64,000 nt of DNA from the NCBI GenBank assembly GCA_029266425.1, contig JAQSWY010000022.1:6654-70653 (forward strand). The letters are read 5' to 3'. Within the stretch, counting starts at the first letter, position 1, and each line of letters begins with the position of its first letter. The translations under genes were made by a program, and so were the position numbers. Shown piece after piece: positions 1-12,266 of this stretch. The notes beneath the pieces are model-generated. The model was given only the letters and a program-made list of their open reading frames with translations. It ran no database searches and was not told where the DNA came from. This stretch comes from Xanthobacteraceae bacterium (GTDB taxonomy: Bacteria; Pseudomonadota; Alphaproteobacteria; Rhizobiales; Xanthobacteraceae).

Positions 1-1
1 C

Positions 2-232
2 CGCGTCGGCCTCATCATCCGCACGCTCGACGGCCCGCTGGCGCCGATCAATTGCGCCAGCAAGAGCGCCTATGTGCCCTGCGAGGATTGCGAGGACCTG
101 GGGAGCTGCGCGGTACGCATCACCATGAGCCGGGTGCGCGATGCCATGTCGGAAATCCTCGACCGCATGACGCTGGAAGAGATGATGGTGTTCAGCCGCA
201 CCAAGAACCCGGACCTGATGTACCATATATGA
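2..232 (+). CDS. Rrf2-family transcriptional regulator, C-terminal part (truncated by window start)
   Basis: Manual translation of frame 2: [61 protein letters not shown]..., the typical Cys-containing Rrf2 C-terminus; TGA at 230-232. Not in ORF track. Confidence 0.8.
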   Translation, partial: RVGLIIRTLDGPLAPINCASKSAYVPCEDCEDLGSCAVRITMSRVRDAMSEILDRMTLEEMMVFSRTKNPDLMYHI

Positions 233-239
233 GCGCGGC

Positions 240-641
240 ATGAACGCGATCCTCGAACTCGATGGCGGTCTCGTCGGCCTCGTCGCTCATGACGAGAAGA
301 AGGACGAGATGGTCGATTGGGCGGTGATGCACCGCACGACCCTCGCCCGCTTCGGCATCGTCGCCACCGGCACCACTGGCGGGCGGGTGCTGGAGGCTTG
401 CCCTGAGCTGAACATCACGCGCCTGAAAAGCGGCCCGCTCGGCGGCGACCAGCAGATCGGCGCGCTCATTGCGGAAGGCCGCATCAAGGCGCTGATCTTC
501 TTCGTCGACCCGCTCACCGCCCAGCCGCACGATGTCGACGTGAAGGCGCTGATGCGGGTGGCCCTCGTCTACGACATCCCGATCGCGCTCAATCCGGCGA
601 CGGCGGAGATGGTGATTGCGGGGCTGCGCGAGGGGGATTGA
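240..641 (+). CDS. mgsA: Methylglyoxal synthase
   Basis: Motifs [41 protein letters not shown]. Confidence 0.95.
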   Translation: MNAILELDGGLVGLVAHDEKKDEMVDWAVMHRTTLARFGIVATGTTGGRVLEACPELNITRLKSGPLGGDQQIGALIAEGRIKALIFFVDPLTAQPHDVDVKALMRVALVYDIPIALNPATAEMVIAGLREGD

Positions 642-656
642 TGGGTTGCTCTGGGT

Positions 657-744
657 GAGCATCCTTCGAGGCCCGGCTTTGCCGAGCACCTTAGGATGAG
701 GTCCTGAGGTGCGAGTGCAGCGAGCCTCGAAGGATGTTGAAGCA
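657..744. repeat. Family A palindromic repeat (GCATCCTTCGAGG...CCTCGAAGGATG)
   Basis: Inverted arms between convergent mgsA and ABC-F genes. Confidence 0.85.
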
Positions 745-751
745 GAGCCCC

Positions 752-2560
<1,809 letters not shown>

Positions 2561-2619
2561 GGCCGCGGGGATAGGGGGAAAGGCCGCGCGGGGCAAGGGG
2601 TGGCGGTGTCGCTCCCGGT

Positions 2620-2726
2620 GAGCATCCTTCGAGGCTCACTGCGCGAGCACCTCACGATGAGGTTCGTCTTTCAATAAACGACCTCGTCCTGAGGTGCCGG
2701 CCAACGGCCGGCCTCGAAGGATGCTC
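2620..2726. repeat. Family A palindromic repeat
   Basis: GAGCATCCTTCGAGG ... CCTCGAAGGATGCTC terminal inverted arms. Confidence 0.9.
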
Positions 2727-2797
2727 AAGCCGCGCGCCCCTTCGCAACCAACTGCGCTATGGTCCCGCCCTACCCGCACTGAGCCCGTGAGTCCCGC

Positions 2798-4210
2798 ATG
2801 CCCGACCTCTCCCCCCTCCTCGACCGCATCGTCCAGCGTATCGGCGCGCACTATGTGCTCACCGCGCCGGAGGACATGGCGCCCTATCTCGTCGAGGAGC
2901 GCGGGCTCTATCACGGCACGGCGCCCGCCGTGCTGCGGCCGGGTTCGACCGAGGAGGTTGCCTTCATCGTCGCCGCCTGCCACGCGGCAGGCGTGCGCAT
3001 CGTGCCGCAGGGCGGCAATACCGGGCTCGTCGGCGGGCAGATGCCGGCGGGCGAGATGGTGCTCTCGCTCTCCCGGCTCGACCACATCCGCAACGTCGAT
3101 CCCGTCGACATGACCATGACGGTGGAGGCCGGCTGCATCCTCGATGTGGTCCACGACGCGGCGGAAGCGGTCGGCTGCCTGTTCCCGCTGCACATCGCCT
3201 CACAGGGCTCGTGCCAGATCGGCGGCAATCTCTCCACCAATGCTGGAGGAACCGCTGTGCTGCGCTATGGCAATGCCAAAGAATTGGTACTCGGCTTGGA
3301 GGTGGTGCTGGCCGACGGCACCATCTGGAACGGGCTGAAGCGGCTGCGCAAGAACAATGCCGGCTACGACCTGAAGCAGCTCTTCCTCGGCTCGGAAGGC
3401 ACGCTCGGCATCATCACCGCGGCGGTGCTCAAGCTCTACCCGCAGCCGGCACAGCGCATCACCGCCTTTGCCGGCGTGCCGGACCCGAAGGCGGCGCTGG
3501 CTCTGCTCGCCCGGCTGCGCGCGGAGGCGGGCGACGCGCTCACCACCTTCGAGCTGATGGCGAGCTTCGGCGTGGAGACGGTGCTCAAGCACATGGCCGG
3601 CACGGTGCGCCCGCTCGGGGGAACCTATCCCTGGTATGTGCTGGTCGAGCTCTCCGCCCCCACCCGCGCCTTCGATCTCGGTGCGCTGATGGAAGCCGGG
3701 CTCGGCGCCGCGATGGAGGACGGCCTCGTGCTGGACGCCACCATTGCCGCGAGCGAAGCGCAAGCCGCCGCGCTGTGGCGGCTGCGGGAGGACATGTCGG
3801 AGGCGCAGAAACACGAGGGCGGCTCGATCAAGCACGATGTCTCGGTGCCGGTCTCGCGGGTGCCGGAGTTCCTGGAGCGCGCGCTCGCCCTCGTGGAAGC
3901 GGCGATGCCCGGCCTGCGGCCCTGCCCGTTCGGCCATGTCGGCGACGGCAACATCCATTTCAATCTCAGCCAGCCGGTCGGCATGGCCAAGGCGGATTTC
4001 ATCAAGGAGTGGCAGCGTTTCAACCGCATCGTCCACGACGTGGTGAGCGAGTTGGACGGCTCGATCGCCGCCGAGCACGGCATCGGCGATCTGAAGCGCG
4101 ACGAGCTGGCGCACTATGCCGACCCGGTGGCGCTGAAATTGATGCACCGGCTAAAGGCTGCGCTCGATCCGCGAGGCACGCTCAATCCGGGGAAGGTGAT
4201 CGCTGGGTGA
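2798..4210 (+). CDS. FAD-binding oxidoreductase, D-2-hydroxyacid dehydrogenase (GlcD/D2HGDH-like)
   Basis: PQGGNTGLVGG, GGNLSTNAGG, GSEGTLGIIT, HVGDGNIH, AEHGIG, LNPGK. Confidence 0.88.
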   Translation: MPDLSPLLDRIVQRIGAHYVLTAPEDMAPYLVEERGLYHGTAPAVLRPGSTEEVAFIVAACHAAGVRIVPQGGNTGLVGGQMPAGEMVLSLSRLDHIRNVDPVDMTMTVEAGCILDVVHDAAEAVGCLFPLHIASQGSCQIGGNLSTNAGGTAVLRYGNAKELVLGLEVVLADGTIWNGLKRLRKNNAGYDLKQLFLGSEGTLGIITAAVLKLYPQPAQRITAFAGVPDPKAALALLARLRAEAGDALTTFELMASFGVETVLKHMAGTVRPLGGTYPWYVLVELSAPTRAFDLGALMEAGLGAAMEDGLVLDATIAASEAQAAALWRLREDMSEAQKHEGGSIKHDVSVPVSRVPEFLERALALVEAAMPGLRPCPFGHVGDGNIHFNLSQPVGMAKADFIKEWQRFNRIVHDVVSELDGSIAAEHGIGDLKRDELAHYADPVALKLMHRLKAALDPRGTLNPGKVIAG

Positions 4211-4216
4211 GGCCTC

Positions 4217-4506
4217 CCTCTCCCGCTTGCGGGGGAGGACGCTCGGCTTGAGCATCCTTCGAGGTCGTTTCGCGACACCCCGGGGTTGGCCATCGGCCAA
4301 CCGCTGGGGATGAGGTCGCGCTTAAAGAACGATCTCATCTTGAGGCGCGAGCGCCAGCGAACCTCGAAGGATGCTCAAGCCGCGCGGCCTCCTTCCTCCC
4401 CTTCCCAACTGCTGTCATCCCGGGCGGCCAACGTCCGATGCGGGATCGCGGAAACATCGGAGAGCGATCCCGGCTCTGCGCGTCGTTTGGCCGGGCTAAC
4501 GACGAT
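4217..4506. repeat. Cluster of repeats: family D hairpin (4217-4238), family A (4246-4380), degenerate family B (4414-4506)
   Basis: CCCTCTCCCGCTTGCGGGGGAGG; GCTTGAGCATCCTTCGAGG...CCTCGAAGGATGCTCAAGC; GTCATCCCGG...GATCCCGG. Confidence 0.8.
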
Positions 4507-4538
4507 GAAATAGCGCCGGAATTGAAGACAATCTCTAC

Positions 4539-4599
4539 TTTAGAACCATATAAAACTAGGTAACCGTACCGCTCTTCTCTTACTTTGAACGATTCTACA
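4539..4599 (+). promoter_or_regulatory. AT-rich exbB promoter with two degenerate Irr/ICE-like boxes
   Basis: TTTAGAA-CCA-TATAAAA (4539-4555) and CTTTGAA-CGA-TTCTACA (4583-4599) versus ICE consensus TTTAGAA-N3-TTCTAAA; 3 mismatches each. Confidence 0.45.
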
Positions 4600-4729
4600 T
4601 TCCGTGAAATTCATAATTTCATGTTGTCGACCTTGTCGGCTCGGGTTTATTGAAGCGCGAACGTAAATAGTCGACCGGCTTTCCGAGCGCATGATCCATC
4701 GCTGCCGGCCGCGCAATCCGGGTAGCCTC

Positions 4730-5800
4730 ATGCCGAAGCTTCGCAGGAACCATAAGCCCCGCACGCGTCTGCCGGCGCTGCTGGCCGCGCTCGCCCTTGC
4801 CATGCCGGCGCCGGCTCTTGCGCAGACGAGCGCACCGCAGGCCGAGACCGCGGTACCTTCACCGGCTCCTGCAACCCAGGCTCCCGCCGCAAGCGCTCCT
4901 GCCACAAGCGCACCCCCCTCGACGGCACCCACTCCGGGAGTCTTCGCGCCGGCTCCGGCGGCTCAGGTCCCCGCGACGGACGCCGGCACGCTCAACGCCC
5001 CGGCACCCGACGCCACCGCGCCGCACGACGCCGTCCCGCCCGAGTCCCCGACCGCCACCGCGACCCTGCCGCATGACCTCTCCCCGTGGGGCATGTTCAT
5101 GGCGGCCGACTGGATCGTGAAAGGGGTGATGATCGGCCTCGCCTTCGCCTCCGTCGTCACCTGGACGGTGTGGCTGGCGAAGTCGCTGGAACTCCTCGTG
5201 GTCACCGGCCGGCTGCGCCGCCAGCTCCGCATCCTGCTCGGCAGCGCCTCGCTCGAAGGCGCCCGCACCGGCATCGGCGATGTCTCCGGCGCCGCCGGCG
5301 CGATGGTGCGCAGCACAGATCTCGAGCTCGGCCGCTCCGGCACTCTTCCGGCGGAGGGCATCAAGGAGCGCGTCGCCATCTCGCTGTCGCGCATCGAAGC
5401 CGCAGCGGGACGGCGTATTACCCGGGGCACGGGCCTGCTCGCCACCATCGGCGCCACCGCGCCCTTCGTCGGCCTGTTCGGCACGGTGTGGGGCATCATG
5501 AACTCGTTCATCGGCATCTCGAAGGCGCAGACCACCAATCTCGCCGTGGTCGCCCCCGGCATCGCCGAGGCGCTGCTCGCCACCGCCATCGGCCTTGTCG
5601 CCGCGATTCCGGCGGTGGTCATCTACAACCACTTCACCCGGCAGGTGTCCGGCTATCGGGCGCTGCTCGGCGATGCCTCGGCCGAGATGCTGCGCCTGCT
5701 CTCGCGCGATCTCGACCGCCGCGATGCCGGGCAGAGCGGCTACGCGCAGCTGCCGGCCACCACGGCCGCCAAGCGCCTGCGCGCAGCAGCGGCGGAGTAG
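4730..5800 (+). CDS. exbB: TonB-system energizer ExbB with long Pro/Ala-rich periplasmic N-terminus
   Basis: [24 protein letters not shown] and [16 protein letters not shown] motifs. Confidence 0.93.
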   Translation: MPKLRRNHKPRTRLPALLAALALAMPAPALAQTSAPQAETAVPSPAPATQAPAASAPATSAPPSTAPTPGVFAPAPAAQVPATDAGTLNAPAPDATAPHDAVPPESPTATATLPHDLSPWGMFMAADWIVKGVMIGLAFASVVTWTVWLAKSLELLVVTGRLRRQLRILLGSASLEGARTGIGDVSGAAGAMVRSTDLELGRSGTLPAEGIKERVAISLSRIEAAAGRRITRGTGLLATIGATAPFVGLFGTVWGIMNSFIGISKAQTTNLAVVAPGIAEALLATAIGLVAAIPAVVIYNHFTRQVSGYRALLGDASAEMLRLLSRDLDRRDAGQSGYAQLPATTAAKRLRAAAAE

Positions 5801-5806
5801 CCTGCC

Positions 5807-6346
5807 ATGGCCGCCCGACTGCCGACCGGTGACGGCGACGAGCTCGTCGAGAACCACGAGATCAATGTCACGCCCTTCATCGACGTGATGCTGGTGCTGC
5901 TGATCATCTTCATGGTGGCGGCGCCGCTCTCGACGGTGGACATCAAGGTCGATCTGCCGGCTTCGACCGCGACGCCGCAGCCGCGCCCTGACAAGCCGGT
6001 CTATTTCAGCGTGAAGAGCGACCTGACACTGTCGCTCGGCAATGAGGACGTGTCGCGCGAGGGCGTCGCCAACGCGCTCGCCAAGGCGACCGAGGGCAAC
6101 AAGGACGCCCGCATCTTCCTGCGCGCCGACAAGACGGTGGACTATGGCGAGCTGATGGAGGTGATGAACCTCCTGCGCACTGCCGGCTATCTCAAGATCG
6201 CCCTCGTCGGACTGGAGACGATGCCGGGGGCCACCAGCCCCGCCACTGGTCCGGGCGGAACTCCCGCCGCGCCCGCTCCGGCGGCCGGCGCCCCGGCTCC
6301 GGCCGCGCCCGCGGGAACGCCCGCGCCTGGAACCCCTGCACCATGA
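5807..6346 (+). CDS. exbD: Biopolymer transport protein ExbD
   Basis: [20 protein letters not shown]; RADKTVDYG. Confidence 0.93.
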   Translation: MAARLPTGDGDELVENHEINVTPFIDVMLVLLIIFMVAAPLSTVDIKVDLPASTATPQPRPDKPVYFSVKSDLTLSLGNEDVSREGVANALAKATEGNKDARIFLRADKTVDYGELMEVMNLLRTAGYLKIALVGLETMPGATSPATGPGGTPAAPAPAAGAPAPAAPAGTPAPGTPAP

Positions 6347-7221
6347 GCATGCTGCTGCTGCATGGCGGCGCGCAGCATCGTGCGGTCGAGGCCTCGCGCT
6401 GGCTCGGCTGCGCGGCGCTGGTGCTTGGCTTGCATTTCGCAGTGCTGTACTGGCCGAAATCCGAGCCGGCCATCGTGCCGATGGAGCCGCCGGCCATCAT
6501 GGTCGAACTGGCGGAGCTGCCGGTCGCGCCGCCTGCCGAGCCCGTGGAGATGCCGCCCGGTCCGCAAATGACGCAGGCGCCCGAGCAGGTCGAGCAGGAG
6601 ATCCCGGACGATCCGCTGGCCAAGGCCGAGAACGTGCCGCCGCCTCCGCCGCTGCCCGAGGTCCAGGAGCCGTTGCCGCAGGTCGAGGCCGCCCCGGTCG
6701 AGAATATCGAGGTGCCGCTGCCGCCTCCCATGCCGCTCTCGGCCGAGCTGACGCCGCCGGAGAAGAAGATCGAGCCGCCCAAGGAGCGGCCGAAGCCCAA
6801 GCCGAAGCCGAAGGAGAAGGTGCGCAACGAGAAGCCGCCGGCGCCCCGCACCTCCGCGGCCCCGGCGCTGGCCGCAGCGCCCGCGGCGCGGATCGCCGCG
6901 CCCTCGGCCGGCGCCAGCTCTTCCAACAGCATGACGCCGGCCAATTGGCGCAGCCGGCTGATGGCACACCTCAACCGCAACAAGCGCTATCCCGCGGAAG
7001 CCCGCGCCCGCGGCGAGCAGGGCCGGCCACGCGTCGCCTTCACCATCAACCGCTCGGGCGCGGTGCTCTCGGCGCGGCTTGTCGGCTCCTCGGGTAGCGC
7101 CAGCCTCGATGCCGAGGCGGTGGCGATGGTGCGCCGCGCCTCCCCAGTACCGCCCCCGCCGCCGGAAATGACGGGCGGCAGCTTCAGTTTCACCGTGCCT
7201 GTGATGTTCAACATGCGTTGA
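6343..7221 (+). CDS. tonB: Energy transducer TonB
   Basis: N-terminal TM, EP/KP-rich linker, C-terminal RYPAEARARGEQG...LDAEA domain. Confidence 0.9.
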   Translation: MSMLLLHGGAQHRAVEASRWLGCAALVLGLHFAVLYWPKSEPAIVPMEPPAIMVELAELPVAPPAEPVEMPPGPQMTQAPEQVEQEIPDDPLAKAENVPPPPPLPEVQEPLPQVEAAPVENIEVPLPPPMPLSAELTPPEKKIEPPKERPKPKPKPKEKVRNEKPPAPRTSAAPALAAAPAARIAAPSAGASSSNSMTPANWRSRLMAHLNRNKRYPAEARARGEQGRPRVAFTINRSGAVLSARLVGSSGSASLDAEAVAMVRRASPVPPPPPEMTGGSFSFTVPVMFNMR

Positions 7222-7246
7222 GGCCTTGCCAAGCCTACCAACGCGC

Positions 7247-7347
7247 CGTCATCCCGGCCGCAGCGAAGCGGAGAGCCGGGATCGCGTGAAGTCCAGCGCA
7301 ACACCTTACAGCGAGCCCGGATTGGCCGTTGGCCGTCCGGGATGACG
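7247..7347. repeat. Family B CGTC-tagged palindromic repeat
   Basis: CGTCATCCCGGCCG...CCGGGATGACG with internal GAGCCGGGATC arm. Confidence 0.85.
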
Positions 7348-7442
7348 CCTTGAGGGAGGAGTTGGGATGACGCCACCCTCCCACTCGCTGTATGACGGAG
7401 CCACGGCGCGCCTCGCGTAACGTCGCGCCAGGGAGAACCGTC

Positions 7443-8660
7443 ATGTCCGCGCAGCCGCAAGCCGCCCACGCCGCCACCGCAAATGCCGAGTTCGACTGGG
7501 CCGACCCGTTCGATCTCGAAAGCCAGCTCACCGAGGATGAGCGCCTGGTGCGCGACACGGCCCGCGACTATGCGCAGGAGAAGCTCAAGCCGCGCGTCGC
7601 CTCCGCCTATATGCAGGAGCGCTTCGACCGCGAGATTATGGACGAGATGGGCGAACTCGGCCTGCTCGGTCCGACCATCCCGGAAGAATATGGCGGCGCC
7701 GGGCTCGGCTATGTCGCCTATGGGCTGGTGGCGCGCGAGGTGGAGCGGGTCGATTCCGGATATCGCTCGGCGATGAGCGTGCAGTCCTCCCTCGTCATGC
7801 ACCCGATCCACGCCTATGGCGACGAGGCGCAGCGCAAGAAGTATCTGCCGCGCCTGGCGAAAGGCGAGATCATCGGCTGCTTCGGCCTCACCGAACCGGA
7901 CGCCGGCTCCGACCCCTCGGGCATGCGCACCCGGGCCGTGAAGATCGATGGCGGCTATCGCCTCTCCGGCTCGAAGATGTGGATCACCAACGCCCCGATC
8001 GCCGACATCATGGTGGTCTGGGCGAAATCATCAGCCCATGGCGACGCCATTCGCGGCTTCGTGCTGGAGCGCGGCGCCAAGGGGCTCTCGACGCCGAAGA
8101 TCGAGAACAAGCTCTCGCTGCGCGCCTCTATCACCGGCGAGATCGTGATGGATGGCGTCGAGGTGCCGGAAGACGCGCTGCTGCCGAACGTCTCCGGCCT
8201 CAAGGGCCCGTTCGGCTGCCTCAACCGCGCGCGCTACGGCATTGCCTGGGGCACCATGGGCGCGGCGGAGGCCTGCTACGCCTCGGCGCGGCAATACACG
8301 CTCGACCGCCACCAGTTCGGCAAGCCGCTGGCGGCGACGCAGATGGTGCAGCGGAAGCTCGCCGACATGGCGACCGAGATCGGCCTCGGCCTGCAGGCCG
8401 CGCTGCGCGCCGGGCGGCTGTTCGAGGAAGGCAGGCTTGCCCCCGAGCTGATCTCGCTGATCAAGCGCAACAATTGCGGCAAGGCGCTCGACATCGCCCG
8501 CCAGGCTCGCGACATGCACGGGGGCAACGGCATCTCTGCCGAGTTCCCGGTGATGCGGCACATGATCAACCTTGAGACCGTGAACACCTATGAGGGCACG
8601 CACGACATCCACGCGCTGATCCTGGGGCGCGCGATCACGGGGCATCAGGCGTTTTTCTGA
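7443..8660 (+). CDS. gcdH: Glutaryl-CoA dehydrogenase (acyl-CoA dehydrogenase family)
   Basis: FDWADPF N-terminus, [40 protein letters not shown]; GGGAG SD before ATG 7443. Confidence 0.9.
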   Translation: MSAQPQAAHAATANAEFDWADPFDLESQLTEDERLVRDTARDYAQEKLKPRVASAYMQERFDREIMDEMGELGLLGPTIPEEYGGAGLGYVAYGLVAREVERVDSGYRSAMSVQSSLVMHPIHAYGDEAQRKKYLPRLAKGEIIGCFGLTEPDAGSDPSGMRTRAVKIDGGYRLSGSKMWITNAPIADIMVVWAKSSAHGDAIRGFVLERGAKGLSTPKIENKLSLRASITGEIVMDGVEVPEDALLPNVSGLKGPFGCLNRARYGIAWGTMGAAEACYASARQYTLDRHQFGKPLAATQMVQRKLADMATEIGLGLQAALRAGRLFEEGRLAPELISLIKRNNCGKALDIARQARDMHGGNGISAEFPVMRHMINLETVNTYEGTHDIHALILGRAITGHQAFF

Positions 8661-8897
8661 GGGGCGCTCGGGCGACATCGTCGCATTTATCTTGCCGTCT
8701 TGATCGCGCCGGTGCGCCGATTGCCGTCTTCCGACGCACGTGACTCGCTATGGCGTCCGGAGCCAGATAGGATGCCTTCAATCCTCGGTGTGCGGGCTGC
8801 CAGACGCTGGTGTGATCGCCCCCCAACGCCTCCGCCTTGTGCGTTTGCGCGCGACGCCTTGCGGCAGCAAAGGCCACGCAAAGGCGAGGATTTGGCC

Positions 8898-10040
8898 ATG
8901 TTGATCTGCCAGTGCAACGCAATGCGTCGGCGTGACGTCGTGTGCGGCGCCGGCGCTGCCATGTTCACCGCCATAGTGGCGACGCTGATGGGCAGCACGA
9001 AGCCTGTACGCGCTGAAACGATCTCCGGCTCGGTTCCTGAGGTCGACCGCGTGGCTGTACGCGTGCTCGTGGACAGCTACCAATTCGCTGTCGCGCCCAG
9101 CCGGAAGGTGACCAATGTCGACGTCGAGCACTTCGGCTGGGGAATTGGCGGCGGCAAGGCGCCGGGTAAAACGCTGATCAGCGAGTTCGGCCTGTCAATG
9201 CACGTCGAGTCGACGCGCGGCACCGAGACACAAAATGTCTTGATGGATTTCGGCTTCACACCGGACGCGCTGATCAACAACACCGACCTCGTCGGCATCG
9301 ATCCGGCCAGTTTCGACGCCCTCGTTTTGAGTCATGGTCACTACGATCATTTCGGCGGTCTCGCCGGCTTCCTGCAGCACAACAGCGGCAAGCTGAAAGC
9401 CAAGCTGCCGATTTATGTCGGTGGCGAGGAGGCGTTCTGCTCGCGCGAGTGGACGGGTCCGCCGGCGCCCGGTGACTTCGGCGCCCTGGATCGCAAGGCG
9501 CTGGAAACTGCCGATCTTACGGTCACATATGCAGAAGGACCGTCACTGGTGGGCGGTCACGGGTTCACCACGGGGCAGATCGGCCAGGCGAGCTTTGAGA
9601 AGATCCTGTCTCCCAGCGCCATGAAGGTCGGAGTGGACCGCGGGATGGGCTGCTATGCCGACCGGCTTCCGGAAGAGGAGCGGACAAAGACGGTCATTCC
9701 CGACCAGTTCCGGCACGAGATCGCCACTGCGTTCAATCTGAAGGGACGCGGGCTGATCGTCTTGACCTCGTGCAGCCATCGCGGCGTGATCAACGCGATC
9801 AAGCAGGCCCAAGCGGCTTCCGGGGTCAACAAAGTTCATGCGGTGATCGGCGGATTCCACCTCGCCCCCTATAAGGAAGACTATGTGCGCAACACGATCA
9901 CCACGCTCAAGGACATCGATATCGACTACGTCATTCCACTGCACTGCACCGGCGAGCCGTTCTTCGAGATCGCCAAGGTCGAGATGCCAAACAAGGTCCT
10001 GCGCTCCTATACGGGGACACGCTTCGTCTTTGCTGCCTGA
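8898..10040 (+). CDS. Metallo-beta-lactamase-fold hydrolase with predicted Tat signal (MJ0301-like subfamily)
   Basis: SHGHYDHFGG, SCSHRG, IGGFHL, PLHCTG; N-terminal RRRDVV plus hydrophobic stretch; GAGGA SD. Confidence 0.8.
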   Translation: MLICQCNAMRRRDVVCGAGAAMFTAIVATLMGSTKPVRAETISGSVPEVDRVAVRVLVDSYQFAVAPSRKVTNVDVEHFGWGIGGGKAPGKTLISEFGLSMHVESTRGTETQNVLMDFGFTPDALINNTDLVGIDPASFDALVLSHGHYDHFGGLAGFLQHNSGKLKAKLPIYVGGEEAFCSREWTGPPAPGDFGALDRKALETADLTVTYAEGPSLVGGHGFTTGQIGQASFEKILSPSAMKVGVDRGMGCYADRLPEEERTKTVIPDQFRHEIATAFNLKGRGLIVLTSCSHRGVINAIKQAQAASGVNKVHAVIGGFHLAPYKEDYVRNTITTLKDIDIDYVIPLHCTGEPFFEIAKVEMPNKVLRSYTGTRFVFAA

Positions 10041-10163
10041 GCAGGCAAGTTCCACGTGGTCATCCCGTGGCGCTCGACATGGTGGTGCCGGCCCCTCGCC
10101 GGGACGACGGACAACGACGAACCTGTTACCCATGTACTCGAGCATATGTCACCCATGTCCCCG

Positions 10164-10230
10164 GGATGAGGTTCATTTATAGATCAACCTCATCCTGAGG
10201 TGCCGCCATCGGCGGCCTCGAAGAATGCTC
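10164..10230. repeat. Family A repeat, left arm truncated
   Basis: GGATGAGGTT...AACCTCATCCTGAGG...CCTCGAAGAATGC. Confidence 0.75.
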
Positions 10231-10249
10231 CCGCAAAGCCCCCTCATCC

Positions 10250-11068
10250 ATGCCCCTCATTCCCCTCGCCTCCCCCGACGATCCGCGCATCGAGCCGTAC
10301 CGCATCGTGCGCGAGCGCGATCTCGTGGGGCGCGAGCGGCGCTTCATCGTCGAGGGGCGGACCGTGCTCGACGTCGCGCTCTCGAATCGCAACCGCTTCC
10401 CGCTGGAATCGCTGCTGCTGGCGGAGAGTCGGGTCGCGGCGCTCGGCCCATTGCTGGCGCAGGCTCCTCTCGAGCTGCCGATCTACACCGCCAGCCAGCC
10501 CATCCTCGACGGCATCACCGGCTTCCATATCCATCGCGGCCTGCTCGGCATCGGACTGCGCGGCGAGGAGACGAGCGCAGAGAGGCTGCTCGCCAGCCTG
10601 CCGGAGGAGGCGCTGGCGGTGGTGCCGCTCGGCATCACCAATCACGACAATGTCGGCGGCATCTTCCGTAATGCCGCGGCGTTCGGCGCGGAGGCGGTGC
10701 TGCTCGATTTCGCCTCGTGCGATCCGCTTTACCGCAAGGCGATCCGGGTTTCGGTCGGCGGCAGCCTCATCGTGCCCTTCGTTCGCCAAGGCAATGCCGA
10801 TGCGTTGCTTGACCTTTTGCTCGAGCATGGCTTCGAGCTGATCGCGCTGAGCCCGGCGGGGGAAATCGACCTCTCCAACCTCGTGCGGCCCAAGCGCGCA
10901 GCGCTGCTGCTCGGTGCCGAGGGGCCGGGCTTGCCGGCGCGCATCATGGACCGTGCACAAACGGTTTGCATCCCGATGCGCGGCGGCTTCGATTCGCTGA
11001 ACGTCGCCACCGCCGCCGGAATCGCTCTTCATCATTTGACCTGCAATTCACGGCCCATGAGCGTATGA
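10250..11068 (+). CDS. SpoU/TrmH-family RNA methyltransferase
   Basis: NHDNVGGIFRNAAAFG, LGAEGPGL, IPMRGGFDSLNVATA. Confidence 0.9.
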   Translation: MPLIPLASPDDPRIEPYRIVRERDLVGRERRFIVEGRTVLDVALSNRNRFPLESLLLAESRVAALGPLLAQAPLELPIYTASQPILDGITGFHIHRGLLGIGLRGEETSAERLLASLPEEALAVVPLGITNHDNVGGIFRNAAAFGAEAVLLDFASCDPLYRKAIRVSVGGSLIVPFVRQGNADALLDLLLEHGFELIALSPAGEIDLSNLVRPKRAALLLGAEGPGLPARIMDRAQTVCIPMRGGFDSLNVATAAGIALHHLTCNSRPMSV

Positions 11069-11137
11069 TCCCCGCTGAACCGCGGGCGACCAGCGATGAG
11101 CTGAGGCAAGACCCGGCGGCGCCCGGGAGTAGCCGTC

Positions 11138-11965
11138 ATGCACGCCGCGCACATCATCAAGACCCTTCTCGTCGCTGCGGCGTTCGCCGCGCTTGCGATC
11201 ACCGCGGCCGCGGCGCAGGAGCCGGGAGCCGATGCGACCTGGCAATCGCTGAAGCCCGACGTGTTCGGCGAGCGCCCGATCACGGAGGCGAGCCCGCTGG
11301 TGAAGCTGAACGCCCCGGTGCGGGCGGAAGACGCCGCCATGGTGCCGATCGACGTCGAGGTGGCGGTGCCAGCGGGCGATGCCCGCACGGTGAAGAAGCT
11401 GACGCTGATCGTCGACGAGAACCCGGCACCGGTGGCGGCGACCTTCAATTTCGGCGGCGAACGCAAGGACATCACGCTCGCCACGCGGCTCCGGGTGAAC
11501 GCGTACAGCTATATCCGCGCCATCGCCGAGCTCAGCGACGGCTCGCTCGCCATGAATGCGCGCTTCGTCAAGGCGTCCGGCGGCTGCTCGGCCCCGGCGA
11601 TGAAGGACGAAGAGTCGGCGCTCAAGAATATCGGTCAGATGAAGCTGCGCGTCGTCAATGACGGCCAGAAGGGCGACGCCACGCTCGCCAACCGGCTCGC
11701 CCGCGTGCAGTTGATGATCCGCCACCCGAACTATTCGGGCCTGCAGATGGACCAGGTGACGCGGCTCTACATTCCCGCCAAGTTCGTCGACAAGATCGCG
11801 GTCAAGCAGGGCGACGATCTGGTCTTCACCATGGAAGGCGGCATCTCGCTGAGCGAGGACCCGGCGATCCAGTTCTCCTATGAGCCGACCGGCAAGGAGA
11901 TCCATGTCGACGCCGGCGATACCGACGGCCGCAAATTCGAGGGCGAGCTTAAGCCTGCGGGGTAG
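11138..11965 (+). CDS. Quinoprotein dehydrogenase-associated SoxYZ-like fusion carrier protein
   Basis: Signal peptide; SoxY-like half (APVRAEDAAMVP, VDENPAP, RLRVNAYS, KASGGCSAP) fused to SoxZ-like half (IRHPNYSGLQMDQ, ISLSEDP). Confidence 0.88.
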   Translation: MHAAHIIKTLLVAAAFAALAITAAAAQEPGADATWQSLKPDVFGERPITEASPLVKLNAPVRAEDAAMVPIDVEVAVPAGDARTVKKLTLIVDENPAPVAATFNFGGERKDITLATRLRVNAYSYIRAIAELSDGSLAMNARFVKASGGCSAPAMKDEESALKNIGQMKLRVVNDGQKGDATLANRLARVQLMIRHPNYSGLQMDQVTRLYIPAKFVDKIAVKQGDDLVFTMEGGISLSEDPAIQFSYEPTGKEIHVDAGDTDGRKFEGELKPAG

Positions 11966-12089
11966 GAGCGCTCCTCCCCACCTAGTGCCGGCCGGACTCG
12001 GACGGTATTGATCCCTACGATCCCGGCTCGACTTCCAGGCTAGTCTCGAGACGTGACTTGGCGCGAGCCTTGACACGAGCTGGGTGCGA

Positions 12090-12266
12090 CTAGCTCTTTT
12101 TCTGATCTTCGATGATCGTCTCGACCGCGCCAATCGCCACCTCGATGTCCGCAATCTTGCGGAGCATGTTGTCGGACGGCAGGGCGCCGGATTCTGCGGC
12201 CGCATTGATGAGTTCGCGCTGAGCTGACAAGAGCCTGTCGCGCAGGGCTTTGAGTTTTGTGTCCAT
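12090..12266 (-). CDS. Small hypothetical helical protein (58 aa), not in ORF track
   Basis: MDTKLKALRDRLLSAQRELINAAAESGALPSDNMLRKIADIEVAIGAVETIIEDQKKS*; GGAG just upstream of ATG; heptad-like pattern. Confidence 0.7.
   Translation of the reverse strand: MDTKLKALRDRLLSAQRELINAAAESGALPSDNMLRKIADIEVAIGAVETIIEDQKKS

Noticed and set aside
6220-6900. Low-complexity Pro/Ala/Lys repeats in exbD and tonB
   Set aside because: Ordinary periplasm-spanning linkers of Ton-system proteins.
11138-11965. Sox thiosulfate-oxidation pathway
   Set aside because: Fused YZ with an internal GGC motif and no soxA/X/B/C/D in the window; matches the quinoprotein-associated family instead.
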